Shown: piece after piece, positions 16,449-25,921 of the stretch
Layout of the letters: each line of letters begins with the position of its first letter
Numbering within the stretch: the first letter of the stretch is position 1
Source: Kiritimatiellia bacterium
GTDB lineage: Bacteria > Verrucomicrobiota > Kiritimatiellia > RFP12 > UBA1067
Direction: 5' to 3'
Length of the DNA stretch: 64,000 nucleotides
NCBI GenBank assembly: GCA_045537795.1
Contig: JAZSQE010000033.1
Location: 17,469-81,468, forward strand
Made by a program: the position numbers and the translations under genes
The notes under the pieces: generated by a model
The model's database searches: none
What the model saw: only the letters and a program-made list of their open reading frames with translations
What the model was told of the DNA's origin: nothing

Positions 16449-18871
16449 GGCTTAACCCAATAACCGGGCAATGTGCGAATATCGTCGGCGGGTTTACGGT
16501 TGTATACACGCTCCGGAACCTTGTATCCTTCGGGTAAAATATAGGCTAAAACCGCCGCCGGCGGAAGAATCGTCTCCCAAACGGTATACTCGCTGGCGGC
16601 AACGGAGTATCTCTCGATATTTGCGTAACGTCTCCAGATCGGCCATGCACCGAGGTTGTCGAAGCCGTAAACGAGTTTCTTCGCATCCTGATTTACACCG
16701 AACGTCCAGCGGTACGGAGTAATACCGGCGACATATTCTCCGATATTGTCCGCGTAACTTTGGAGATCCAGAAACTTAACCGGATAGACGACTCCGAGTC
16801 CGCTCGTAAGAGTTTCCCCTTTGGGGTTGACGCCGTTATGGAAATCGTTGGCAAGGTAAACGCCTTCAAGAAAACGGCTGTCTCCGGTGCATGCGTGAGC
16901 GTAAACGAGCGTCTGAGCGCGGCGCATCGGGTGGCAGTTCCCCCAGCTCATCGTGTGGACATATCCGTGATCGCTGCGGAACCACGACGTGCGGTACGGA
17001 TACGCCTCTTCGAGATTCTTGAGCATACTTTCCGCCTCGTTGATTCTGCGGCGCTTGAAATTCTTCGCGTACTTCTCGATCTCGGGAACAAGCGGCTGAT
17101 CCTTGAGAGCGAACTCCATAAGCTCGTAACCGTTCCACCCCCATGACGATTTATTCGTCTCGTGATTAAGCTTATCGATGCGCTTAACGACAGAATCGAA
17201 ATATTCGGTCTTGCCGGTCATCGCGGAAAGATTGAGCGCGGCCGTGAGCATAAGTTTTACGGAATAATTCCCGTCTTCCCTGAAAACGACGTCGACTGCG
17301 TTTTCGGGAATCCATCTGCGGCTGGCGAAACTCTTCATCTTCTTCTCGACGGGCGGATTGCGCTCGGCCCAGCGCCAGGCGCGTTCCGCACGCTCAAGAA
17401 GCTTCCGGGCGATTTTCTCCTTGCCGGCCGCGCGGTACGCCCGGGCGACAAGAGCGACGGTGCCCGCAAAATCATAGCACGAGTTGTGTGTCGGTATAGC
17501 GATAAAATAAATATGGTTTGTGCTGTCGCGCTCGGGGCCGTCATATTCGCCGCCGGGATGGCCGGTAGTCTCGATCCACGTTCCAACGCCGCCGTCTGCT
17601 TGCTGAGCCTTTATCAGATGACGGACACCCCATAGCGCTTCGTCGAGAATATCAGGAATACCGTTGCCGGACTCGGGAATCGAAAGCTGGCCGTCAAAAA
17701 ACTTGGCGGGATTCATGAGATAAACGAGCGACAGAGCGCGCGGGATTATCAGGTGCATGGGACGACGGTCGTAGTCCGCCGCGTCATGATAGCCGCCAGG
17801 CAGATGAAGCACATTATTCGTGTCGCACATCCCCATGCTGGCTTTGATCGTCGGAAAATGCTTGAACTTGTGAGGCTTTCTGTTCTTATCGACGATCGGC
17901 TTGCCGTCGGCGGGAAACATCATTGAACCGTAAGTCCACTCGTCCGGAGGATGAACGCCGCGATAAACGTTCATGTGACAGGCATCCGCCGTCCACTGCG
18001 TCCACGGAGGACGCTTCTCGATGCCGCAGCGCTTATTGAAAAGGCCCTGCATGTGAATACCCCACGCCTCAACTATCGCCTCGTCCGAAACCTTAAACGG
18101 CATGCTGGAGCCGATGCCGTCGATCACGATGCGGTATTCGCCTTCGTCGGAGAGCTTCGTTAGATCGGCCTCGAGAACCTCCTCGCCCGTAAATGGCGTA
18201 TCCTTTGTTTTCGGATCTTCGCGCCGAAGAGCGAGAGAGCCTTCAAGTCTGACGCTGCCGCCCGCGTTATCCACGACGCGGAACTTCACTGCGTCGAAAC
18301 TTTTGAGCGGCAACGCGCCCGAAAGACCGAGCCACATTCCGACATACGCATACTTGCGGGCTTTCGGCGCATAGCCAACCTGATTGACCTTGATGACGGG
18401 CGTGGGGATGGCGGGATCGTAGGTGAACTTACCCGCGACGCCCAAATCTACAACCGTACCTCTCTTCATTTTCGGCACTTTGACGAAAGCGTTATGGATG
18501 ACATCCGCCCCCCAAACCACAATCCGTCTGCCATCCTTCTCGACATAGCGTTTAACGCCGTTCGCTTCCTGCCAATAGGAGATAAAACCTTTTATCGTTT
18601 TCATCTTTTCGACAAGTGCCTGCCTGACGTTCTTTTCGACATCGCGCTGGATTTCGTTGCGCTTTCTGGCTTTCTGCCAATCCTGCCATGTAGGTTTGAT
18701 ATCCTCCTGCCGGCTGTCGGCGTAAAATGCTACCCTTTCATCATCGGAGCCGTCAGCCTGAACGAGAATATATTCCGGCGTAAGCGCGGTGATCTTCCAT
18801 TTCACTTCGCCGTGAACGAAAGGCGCTAAGGAAAAAGCCGCAACAATGACTAAAAGTTTTTTCATATCCAT
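16445..18871 (-). CDS. Glycoside hydrolase family 9-like enzyme with N-terminal Ig-like domain
   Basis: IKVNQVGYAPKARKYAYVG. LPGGYHDAADYDRRPMH (the DAGD position reads DAAD). GNGIPDILDEALW matches the same block in the 1138-aa GH9 (GNGIPDIVDEAIW). Signal peptide MKKLLVIVAAFSLAPFVHG. Confidence 0.65.
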   Translation of the reverse strand: MDMKKLLVIVAAFSLAPFVHGEVKWKITALTPEYILVQADGSDDERVAFYADSRQEDIKPTWQDWQKARKRNEIQRDVEKNVRQALVEKMKTIKGFISYWQEANGVKRYVEKDGRRIVVWGADVIHNAFVKVPKMKRGTVVDLGVAGKFTYDPAIPTPVIKVNQVGYAPKARKYAYVGMWLGLSGALPLKSFDAVKFRVVDNAGGSVRLEGSLALRREDPKTKDTPFTGEEVLEADLTKLSDEGEYRIVIDGIGSSMPFKVSDEAIVEAWGIHMQGLFNKRCGIEKRPPWTQWTADACHMNVYRGVHPPDEWTYGSMMFPADGKPIVDKNRKPHKFKHFPTIKASMGMCDTNNVLHLPGGYHDAADYDRRPMHLIIPRALSLVYLMNPAKFFDGQLSIPESGNGIPDILDEALWGVRHLIKAQQADGGVGTWIETTGHPGGEYDGPERDSTNHIYFIAIPTHNSCYDFAGTVALVARAYRAAGKEKIARKLLERAERAWRWAERNPPVEKKMKSFASRRWIPENAVDVVFREDGNYSVKLMLTAALNLSAMTGKTEYFDSVVKRIDKLNHETNKSSWGWNGYELMEFALKDQPLVPEIEKYAKNFKRRRINEAESMLKNLEEAYPYRTSWFRSDHGYVHTMSWGNCHPMRRAQTLVYAHACTGDSRFLEGVYLANDFHNGVNPKGETLTSGLGVVYPVKFLDLQSYADNIGEYVAGITPYRWTFGVNQDAKKLVYGFDNLGAWPIWRRYANIERYSVAASEYTVWETILPPAAVLAYILPEGYKVPERVYNRKPADDIRTLPGYWVKP

Positions 18872-18879
18872 AGCCTTTC

Positions 18880-21864
18880 TTAACGAATGATAACGAGCAG
18901 ACCCTCGGGGTGCAACTTAGGCTCCTGGGCTCCGACATAATTCGGATAACCGCCAACGGCCGCCGAAAACGGATAATCACCCTTTCGGGCTCTCGGCCTC
19001 ATAAAATCAGGCGAATTTACATCCGACGACATAAAGCGCGTCGCTTCTGTAATTACGGTATTGTTCTCAACTTTCAGGCCCTTGGAAAGATCATATCCTT
19101 CAAGCGACAAAGCAATGCCCGCGACAAAATTATCAGCCATATAAACGTTGTTTGTAAATGCGGCTCCTCCGTCGGTTTTAAATGACGAAAAAGTATCTGT
19201 GTTGAATTTGGGTTCATCCTCCTGGAACAAAGAGCCTCCTGGAGCCAACAGAACAAGATTATCATAAATTTTCGGCCGCCAAGGAGACCGAACATCTCTG
19301 GCGACGCGGACAAAATTCGTAGATCCTACAACGGTATTGTGGTGAATAAAAACATTCTCATGCAATCCGTCATGCTCTTTCGTAAGAAACGGCTCTCCAT
19401 ATTCCGTAATGAATGTGTTATATGCAATCTCCGCATGAGGCAATTCATTATATCCTCCAGAATTTGAATACATGGAACGACAATTTACCATCCTGTTCGA
19501 TATAAACGTAAAATCACAGGTCAACTGCTTGACCGGATAATACATCCAATAGCAATTGGTAAACACATTCTTTATAATTTCAGTATCCTTGCCGCACTTA
19601 ATAGTCATCATATCATAACCGGGTGTCCGACCCTCAAAGCGACAGTTAACAACTTTAAGATATAGTCCATATTTTTCACGTGCATCGACTACATCCTTGG
19701 TTGCTCTCGTCGCCACTGCACAATGTCCAACCTCGCCTCGCGAAGGATTTTTCATTTCCCCTTCCTGAACAAATACACAGTTAGAAACAATGGCATAGTC
19801 CCCGTAAACATCAATGACCCGACCCTTATCACCAAGAGACTGATCAGCATATTTCCCGTTATTATTCCCGTAATAAGTAAAATCAAATCCGGTAATTGTT
19901 ACATGATTTACATCTTCCGCAATCGTAATGACCGAGGGATTGTTGGTGTTTGCGTTAAGCGACGGATCAATGTCGACTTTGACGCGACCAAAACCTTCCT
20001 CCTGAGTTAAAAGAACATTGCTGAAATTAAACTGCACCAAATCGTCCACCGTAACAATATTATACACGCGATCGTCACCGCCCTTCACGTGCACTACGCC
20101 GTTTTCGCCGCAAACCGCTACTCCCTCACGAATCGTTCTTAAAGGTTTTTCCTTTGACCCGTCTCCGCCATTATCTGCAAGAGCATCGACATAAACATTT
20201 TCAAGGCTTACAACTATAGCATCAGAAACCAACGGCATTGTAAGTATTTTACCTGTACCATTATCTTTCACGCGAACACTTGGGAAATAAACACCTGGCT
20301 TCGCATAAACATAAGACACTGATCTCTCGACGCCCGTTTGATCGTATTGCCCATCACCGTCAAAGTCCCACTGAACCTCAACTTCCCCTGCATTTTGCGA
20401 GTAACCTACTGTAAATGTAGCGCTTACAGGCGCGAAAAGCGAATCATATTCAACAGCAAAATTATCAATCTGAAAATACGCCCCCGCTTCCGCTTCAATC
20501 GCCTTAGGCGGAACGGCTCCTATGTACTCTCCTTGATAGCCCTCGGCTCCGGTCGCTTGAAAAATCCACGGATATTTAGTCGAATTGATGCGGTAAAAAT
20601 CTTCACTCGTTATATCTGTTGTATTAAGGAACTCGGGCACAACTGCTAATTGAAGATTGTCCTCGCAGATCAGGCCCTCTCCTTGAAGATCGTATCCATC
20701 TAAAAGGCTCGCCGAGCCGCCAGAAAATGCCTGCGCGAAATACGCATTGCCCGTCATCAGCGGCTTGTAGACAACTTTATCTAATTTTTGCGTCACAAAC
20801 GACGTCGAAAATGAACCTAAGGAATCATTCTCCATCTCCTTTAAGACAACACCGCCCTCCTTAAGAACGATCAGATTATCGAACGCCCACGGCGTCCATT
20901 TTTTTTGAGACATATCCTCTACATAAATAAAACTTTCACATCCGACAACTGTATTATGATGAATCTTCGGCACCTTATTCATACCGCCGCCGTTGTTGCA
21001 GATAAACGCAGTCGTCGAACCGATAAAGATGTTGTACGCTACTTCTGCACTGCCGATTTCATTGTAATTTCCGCCTCTGGTGTTTATAGGATTGCTGCAA
21101 TTCACGACGCGATTGGAAATAAAAGATCCGCCTGACGTTTGCTTCATGGCGTTCATATAATCACCGGCACAATTCTTAAACACATTTCTGATAACTTCAG
21201 AATCAGATCCGATTCTCACGATTTTTTCATCCTCAAAACCGACTCCCTCAAACCAGCAATCGGAAACCGTCATGCTTGTTGCCTTTTTCCCTCCTTCCGG
21301 CGTCTCATTATAAATGACACCGCCGCCGGAAACATAACTGCTGTTTCGTCCGCTTCCATCCCCTTCATGACGAAACTCGCATCCCGTCACGGTACATCTG
21401 TGTCCATTAACGGAAACAACCCGCCCCGACTTGCCAAGTGAATTGCCTTCTCTTTGCTGCGTATTCACTGAATAATACTTAAACGAGAGATTTCTTATCG
21501 TGCAATCATCCGCTCCTTCCGTTATCGCAAACACCTTAGGATCATCGACATTCAAATTTGCACTTAAAGCACTTGAAATTTCCACAAGCGGTTTTACATC
21601 ACCCCATGCGCGAATTGTCATGCCGGTAGCGGTGACAGTTACTAAATCATCTTCGCCGTCAATCAAATGATTGCCCTTTACAAAAACGGTACTTGTCTCT
21701 TCCGTCAACAAGTTCGCCGCATTCACCGCCGCTGCTATCGTTTTATACGCAGACTCCTGCTTGCCGTTAGGCGTTTCTGCCGTCGACGAAGCATCGACGT
21801 AAATGTCAGCGGCAAAAGCCGGTATCGCAAAACCGAACGCCAATACAATACATAATTTTTTCAT
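18880..21864 (-). CDS. Secreted tandem right-handed beta-helix protein with central PKD domain (polysaccharide lyase/hydrolase-like)
   Basis: Start taken at MKKLCIVLAFGFAIPAFA (ATG 21864). Two collinear modules share IYVDA.../VYVDA..., FISNRVVNC/FISNRMVNC, IHHNTVVG x2 and FDNLIVL/YDNLVLL. The PKD-like block is VQWDFDGDGQYDQTGVERSVSYVYAKPGVYFPSVRVKDN. Confidence 0.65.
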   Translation of the reverse strand: MKKLCIVLAFGFAIPAFAADIYVDASSTAETPNGKQESAYKTIAAAVNAANLLTEETSTVFVKGNHLIDGEDDLVTVTATGMTIRAWGDVKPLVEISSALSANLNVDDPKVFAITEGADDCTIRNLSFKYYSVNTQQREGNSLGKSGRVVSVNGHRCTVTGCEFRHEGDGSGRNSSYVSGGGVIYNETPEGGKKATSMTVSDCWFEGVGFEDEKIVRIGSDSEVIRNVFKNCAGDYMNAMKQTSGGSFISNRVVNCSNPINTRGGNYNEIGSAEVAYNIFIGSTTAFICNNGGGMNKVPKIHHNTVVGCESFIYVEDMSQKKWTPWAFDNLIVLKEGGVVLKEMENDSLGSFSTSFVTQKLDKVVYKPLMTGNAYFAQAFSGGSASLLDGYDLQGEGLICEDNLQLAVVPEFLNTTDITSEDFYRINSTKYPWIFQATGAEGYQGEYIGAVPPKAIEAEAGAYFQIDNFAVEYDSLFAPVSATFTVGYSQNAGEVEVQWDFDGDGQYDQTGVERSVSYVYAKPGVYFPSVRVKDNGTGKILTMPLVSDAIVVSLENVYVDALADNGGDGSKEKPLRTIREGVAVCGENGVVHVKGGDDRVYNIVTVDDLVQFNFSNVLLTQEEGFGRVKVDIDPSLNANTNNPSVITIAEDVNHVTITGFDFTYYGNNNGKYADQSLGDKGRVIDVYGDYAIVSNCVFVQEGEMKNPSRGEVGHCAVATRATKDVVDAREKYGLYLKVVNCRFEGRTPGYDMMTIKCGKDTEIIKNVFTNCYWMYYPVKQLTCDFTFISNRMVNCRSMYSNSGGYNELPHAEIAYNTFITEYGEPFLTKEHDGLHENVFIHHNTVVGSTNFVRVARDVRSPWRPKIYDNLVLLAPGGSLFQEDEPKFNTDTFSSFKTDGGAAFTNNVYMADNFVAGIALSLEGYDLSKGLKVENNTVITEATRFMSSDVNSPDFMRPRARKGDYPFSAAVGGYPNYVGAQEPKLHPEGLLVIIR

Positions 21865-21914
21865 AACATTGCTATCCCATAGGCGGAATAGAACCCTTTC
21901 TTTGAATGTCACTT

Positions 21915-21923
21915 ATTGTATCA
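21915..21923 (-). promoter_or_regulatory. Extended -10 element TGATACAAT upstream of the beta-helix gene
   Basis: The minus strand reads ...gttaTGaTACAATaagtgac..., about 50 nt upstream of ATG 21864, inside the 85-nt gap after the GH127 stop. Confidence 0.35.
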
Positions 21924-21949
21924 TAACATAACAGCAGCGGCGCGCCGGT

Positions 21950-23845
21950 TTATTCGTACGGTTCGAGTTCTACGGGGAACCATGTACGGTAATAGTTGTC
22001 GCGCATCCACGTGTTGCCGGCCGACGCGTAATCGCAGAAGAATACGGTCGTAGGCAGGCTCCCTTCCGGATTTTCGTGGTGCGAACCCATGTCAAGCGTC
22101 GCCGAAAAAGCCATCCACATCGCATCGCAGGGCGTGCGCACCGCACAGAAGCCGCCCATCCGCTGTCCGTCGCGGATTCCCCTGCGCAAAGGCTCCGTGA
22201 GATCTCCGTCGCCGAAACGGCTGTCTCGCGCCATAAGAACGGGCCCGCGGGTGAACGCGACATATCTGTCGAGCCTGTGCGCCACGACTGGCATGTCGAA
22301 ATGTATTTCAACGACATCCCCGTATTTCCATTCGTGCGAAAGCGTGAAATATTCACCCGGCTTCACCCCCGGAAGGTTCTTGCCGTTGAGCCTGACGCTC
22401 GTGCGGTCGCTCCACGCGGGAATGCGCAGCTTCACGGCAACGGTACCCGCCCCTTCTGTGTGGCTGACTATGCGCGCGAAGTTGCCGCGGGGATACAGCG
22501 AATACATATCGAACGCGACGCTCTTGCCGTCAGGCAAGGTTCCTTTGACGAGAGCCGACGAATAAAAATTGAAAACCGCCGCGGCGTCCTTCATCTTGAA
22601 GAACTCCTTGAGAAAGCAGAGATAACCGCGCGACCCGTTCGCCGTGCAGCAGTCGGTGTGCATGTAGCAGTGGTGCATGCCGTGCCAGCGGTTCCCGGAA
22701 AGCGGCGTGTACGCCGCAAACTCCCCGCCGTCCGCCCTGAGCGCGCCGAGATACGCGTTGTAGAACGTGCGCTCGAGCTGATCGGCCCATTTCGGATCGC
22801 CCGTCACGTTCAGAAGTTTTTCGCACAAGCGCATCCACGTCGTCGTCACGCACGTCTCCTGAAGCCGCGTATACGCGATATGCTGTTTCCTCGCCCCGTG
22901 AAACCATGCTTCGCTCGACGCGCAGCCTCCGGCGAGATTCACCTCCTCGCGGATGATATCCTCGCCCGTCTTTATCGCGGCCTCGATGAGATCCTTGTGG
23001 CCGGCGACTTCGCCGTATTCGAGAAGCCCCTGATAGCAGCTCATCATTTCGTAGGCCTTCCAGCGGTTGTGCTTCATCACGTACCCCTTGTGCCTGTCGA
23101 CCTTGTTGCCATGACCGTTGCGGTCGGCGACCGAAACGCCCTTGAGCGCAAGATCCAAAAGCCGCGGACCCGCCGGAGGCTCCGTCATGCCTTTGACGAG
23201 ACAATGCGCAAAATCGAGATAGCGCTTTTCTTTCGTGCGTCCGTAAAGCCACATGACAGGTTCGAGAATCGACGAACTCGCGTAACCCGACCAGTTGCCG
23301 GTCTGCCAGACTTCGCGGCGGCGCCTCCCGCCGGGACCGAGCTCGGCGATCACATAATCACAAAGCCTTTTGCACGCCTCCAGAGCTCGCTGAGCGCTCT
23401 CTGAACCGCGCTTCGCGTCATAATAATGCAAAAGCCCCATCATCGTGTATTTCATGCCCCAGACGTCCCACCCTTCGCCGCAGCGGAGCTCTTCGGGATA
23501 ATTGCCTATGTACCCTGAAGGCTCCTGCGTCGAAAGAATGCGTCTTATGCCGCGCTCGACGGAAGTCTTGAGTTTTCCGCTTTCGGCATATTCGAGATAC
23601 GGCATCGCCGAATGCATCCATTTGCCCCAGAACTCGGTCTGCCAGCGCCACTGTCTTTCGGTCTTTTCGAAAAACGGCGCCGTGATGTAGTCGACATCGC
23701 GAGCGGCGACGTGGTTTTCAATCATCCTGTCAAGTCTGTCCCCGAGATACCCCTTGAGCTTGACATCTCCCAGATCCGCGAAAGATGCAAATGCGGCGAG
23801 AACAATCTGAGCGAAAATGGCTTTTTTGTACTTGATGCCGATCAT
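21950..23845 (-). CDS. GH127-like (DUF1680, beta-L-arabinofuranosidase family) glycoside hydrolase
   Basis: LQETCVTTTW and HTDCCTANGSRG correspond to the Cys-rich Zn/catalytic motifs of GH127 as I recall them (ETC..., CC..N). Length 631 aa. N-terminal hydrophobic signal. Confidence 0.6.
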   Translation of the reverse strand: MIGIKYKKAIFAQIVLAAFASFADLGDVKLKGYLGDRLDRMIENHVAARDVDYITAPFFEKTERQWRWQTEFWGKWMHSAMPYLEYAESGKLKTSVERGIRRILSTQEPSGYIGNYPEELRCGEGWDVWGMKYTMMGLLHYYDAKRGSESAQRALEACKRLCDYVIAELGPGGRRRREVWQTGNWSGYASSSILEPVMWLYGRTKEKRYLDFAHCLVKGMTEPPAGPRLLDLALKGVSVADRNGHGNKVDRHKGYVMKHNRWKAYEMMSCYQGLLEYGEVAGHKDLIEAAIKTGEDIIREEVNLAGGCASSEAWFHGARKQHIAYTRLQETCVTTTWMRLCEKLLNVTGDPKWADQLERTFYNAYLGALRADGGEFAAYTPLSGNRWHGMHHCYMHTDCCTANGSRGYLCFLKEFFKMKDAAAVFNFYSSALVKGTLPDGKSVAFDMYSLYPRGNFARIVSHTEGAGTVAVKLRIPAWSDRTSVRLNGKNLPGVKPGEYFTLSHEWKYGDVVEIHFDMPVVAHRLDRYVAFTRGPVLMARDSRFGDGDLTEPLRRGIRDGQRMGGFCAVRTPCDAMWMAFSATLDMGSHHENPEGSLPTTVFFCDYASAGNTWMRDNYYRTWFPVELEPYE

Positions 23846-23864
23846 CGGATCGCTCCTTTCTCTC

Positions 23865-24440
23865 TCACTTCACCACGTTCAGCGTCATACGCCCCGCAAG
23901 GCCTGTCGCGATGTCGGTCAGACGCAGTTCGTACCGGCCCGGAGCATCGTTGAACGGAACCTGATAGGAGCGCGCTTTACCGTCAGCGGCGAAGACTTCC
24001 TCGCGGCAGGATATAACCTTTCCGTCGGGGGCGATCACTTCGAATCTGTACACGGACTTCGCGCGGAGATCCTTCGTGATAAGTTCGGCGCAGTCGTTCC
24101 AGTATACGGCCCCGTCGTAGTTCTTTGTCGCCGAGCGCGCAAGTTTCTGAGGGAGATCTTCGTAATTGCGTACGCCGACATAGAACCCCTTTTCGTTGTA
24201 GGCTATGCGAAGTTCTGTCGGACAGTCCACGAGTTTCGGGTTGTTCGGCTCGATATGCACATACTGGTAGTAGTTCGTGTTGGGCACGATCTCCTTCCAT
24301 ATCGCCTCATCGAGAACACCGTCGATCTTCGGTGCATCCTTGACCGGCGTCGCCGTGAAAAACGCGATTTCCCTCATATCGAGCGCCGACGCGACGGCGC
24401 CGCACACCATTGCCATGACGGCAACAATGACTTTCGTCAT
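23865..24440 (-). CDS. Secreted CBM9/DOMON-like carbohydrate-binding protein
   Basis: Signal peptide MTKVIVAVMAMVCGAVASA. PKIDGVLDEAIWKE is the typical CBM9-like IDG.LDE..W signature. Confidence 0.5.
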   Translation of the reverse strand: MTKVIVAVMAMVCGAVASALDMREIAFFTATPVKDAPKIDGVLDEAIWKEIVPNTNYYQYVHIEPNNPKLVDCPTELRIAYNEKGFYVGVRNYEDLPQKLARSATKNYDGAVYWNDCAELITKDLRAKSVYRFEVIAPDGKVISCREEVFAADGKARSYQVPFNDAPGRYELRLTDIATGLAGRMTLNVVK

Positions 24441-24474
24441 CTTGATCCGCCTTTCTTTTGTTTCGAATTGTGCT

Positions 24475-25806
24475 TCAAATCTTCGGTTCCCAGCCCTTCT
24501 CGTATTCGCGCGACCAGAGCTTTTTGACTTCGGCCTGCGTATTGAGAAGCTTGCCCGTCTCGCTGTCGAGAAGAATCTTCTCTCCCGTGTCGGCCGCCAT
24601 GTTGGCGGTGTGCGCCATCATCGTCGAAGCGCAGCCGGTAACGACCGGCGAATAGCAGCGATCGGGATTGTTGCGGCGGATCGCTTCGCAGAAATTGGCG
24701 AGATGGTTCGTATCAAGATAGCTCGCGCCGGTCGTTGACTGGATCCACTCGTCGCAGCTCGGATCGGCCTCCTCGGCGATCTTGCGGCCCTTGTTGTCGT
24801 AGACGTAGACGGCGTCTTTCGGATGGAAGAAAATCGCTCCCGCCTCGCAGTACACGACCGCGCCGGTGCCGATGTTCTCGGGGTTCTTCCAGTTGGCGTT
24901 GCAGTAGCAGTCGAACGTTACGGTCTTGCCGTTGGCGAACTTGTATATGGCGCTCTGCGTATCGGCCCATTCCCAGTTCTTATCCCCGTCGTGATAAAGT
25001 TTCGAGCCGATAGAAACCGTCTCAGTGGCGAAGCCGACGTCGAGCGCCCAACGCGCGATATCGAGGAAGTGCGGCGAGTTGTTGCCCATCTCCCCTGTTC
25101 CCCACTTGCGCGTCCAGTGCCAGCCGTAGTGGACGAGCCCGGTCTCGTAGGCCTGACGCGGCGCAGGCCCCTGCCAGACGTCCCAGTCGAGCCACTCGGG
25201 AACCGCCTGCTGAATGCGCTCCGGGCCTCTGCCGCGGCGGCTCGTATACCAGCAGCGCGCAAATTTCGCCTCGCCGATAAGCGACGGAAACGTTTTTATC
25301 CACTTCTGATACGTGGCGGATGAGCGGCGTTGGCTGCCCATCTGAAAGACCTTGCCCGTCTTCTTCTGCGTGGCCATGAGGATCTGGGCCTCTTCGCCGT
25401 TGAACGTGCAGGGCTTCTCGACATAGATGTGCTTGCCGGCGTTCATCGTCATCCACGCGGCGGGAGCGTGCCAATGGTCGGGCACTTCGCAGAGGATCGC
25501 GTCGATTTCGGGATCTTCGAGAAGCTTGCGCATGTCCGTCGTCTTCTTGGGCATCTTGCCCGTCTTTTCCTTAACCTCGGCGGCAGCGGCGTCAAGCCCG
25601 CGCAGATCCGTTTCGCACACGGCGGCGATTTCGGCATCCTTCATAGCCATGCCCGCGCGCATGAGCCACACGCCGCGGCACTGCGGACGGCAACCCATGA
25701 TGGCGAGTCTCACGCGGTTGGACGGCGCGCCCGCGCCGACGGCCTTGCCAGAAGAAGCGATGAAGCAGGCGGCTGTGCTATTCTTGATAAACTGTTTCCT
25801 CGTCAT
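24475..25806 (-). CDS. Gfo/Idh/MocA-family NAD-binding protein with Tat-like signal (possible GH109-like glycosidase)
   Basis: MTRKQFIKNSTAACFIASSGKAVGAGA has a Tat-like RKxFIK. A Rossmann start (VRLAIMGC) follows. The protein is 443 aa and sits at the head of the glycan cluster. Confidence 0.65.
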   Translation of the reverse strand: MTRKQFIKNSTAACFIASSGKAVGAGAPSNRVRLAIMGCRPQCRGVWLMRAGMAMKDAEIAAVCETDLRGLDAAAAEVKEKTGKMPKKTTDMRKLLEDPEIDAILCEVPDHWHAPAAWMTMNAGKHIYVEKPCTFNGEEAQILMATQKKTGKVFQMGSQRRSSATYQKWIKTFPSLIGEAKFARCWYTSRRGRGPERIQQAVPEWLDWDVWQGPAPRQAYETGLVHYGWHWTRKWGTGEMGNNSPHFLDIARWALDVGFATETVSIGSKLYHDGDKNWEWADTQSAIYKFANGKTVTFDCYCNANWKNPENIGTGAVVYCEAGAIFFHPKDAVYVYDNKGRKIAEEADPSCDEWIQSTTGASYLDTNHLANFCEAIRRNNPDRCYSPVVTGCASTMMAHTANMAADTGEKILLDSETGKLLNTQAEVKKLWSREYEKGWEPKI

Positions 25807-25921
25807 GGGTTTTTCTCCTTTTGTTCAGGCTAAGCCCTATTTCGACTTTCGCCATTATACTCTACCCCTCCCCCTATCGTCAAGCCCCCTGAAACTTTTG
25901 TTTCATCTTATCAGCAGCATT

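Noticed and set aside
18880-18915. C-terminus ...HPEGLLVIIR of the beta-helix protein as a PEP-CTERM-type sorting signal
   Set aside because: It is superficially PE-x, then hydrophobic residues, then Arg. But the hydrophobic stretch is only 5 residues, whereas PEP-CTERM needs a full TM helix and a basic cluster. No exosortase gene is seen in the window.
22076-23404. 442-aa plus-strand ORF
   Set aside because: It lies entirely antisense to the GH127-like gene. Its Arg/Ala/Pro/His-rich low-complexity composition is typical of the antisense frame of high-GC coding DNA. It has no motif, signal or RBS.
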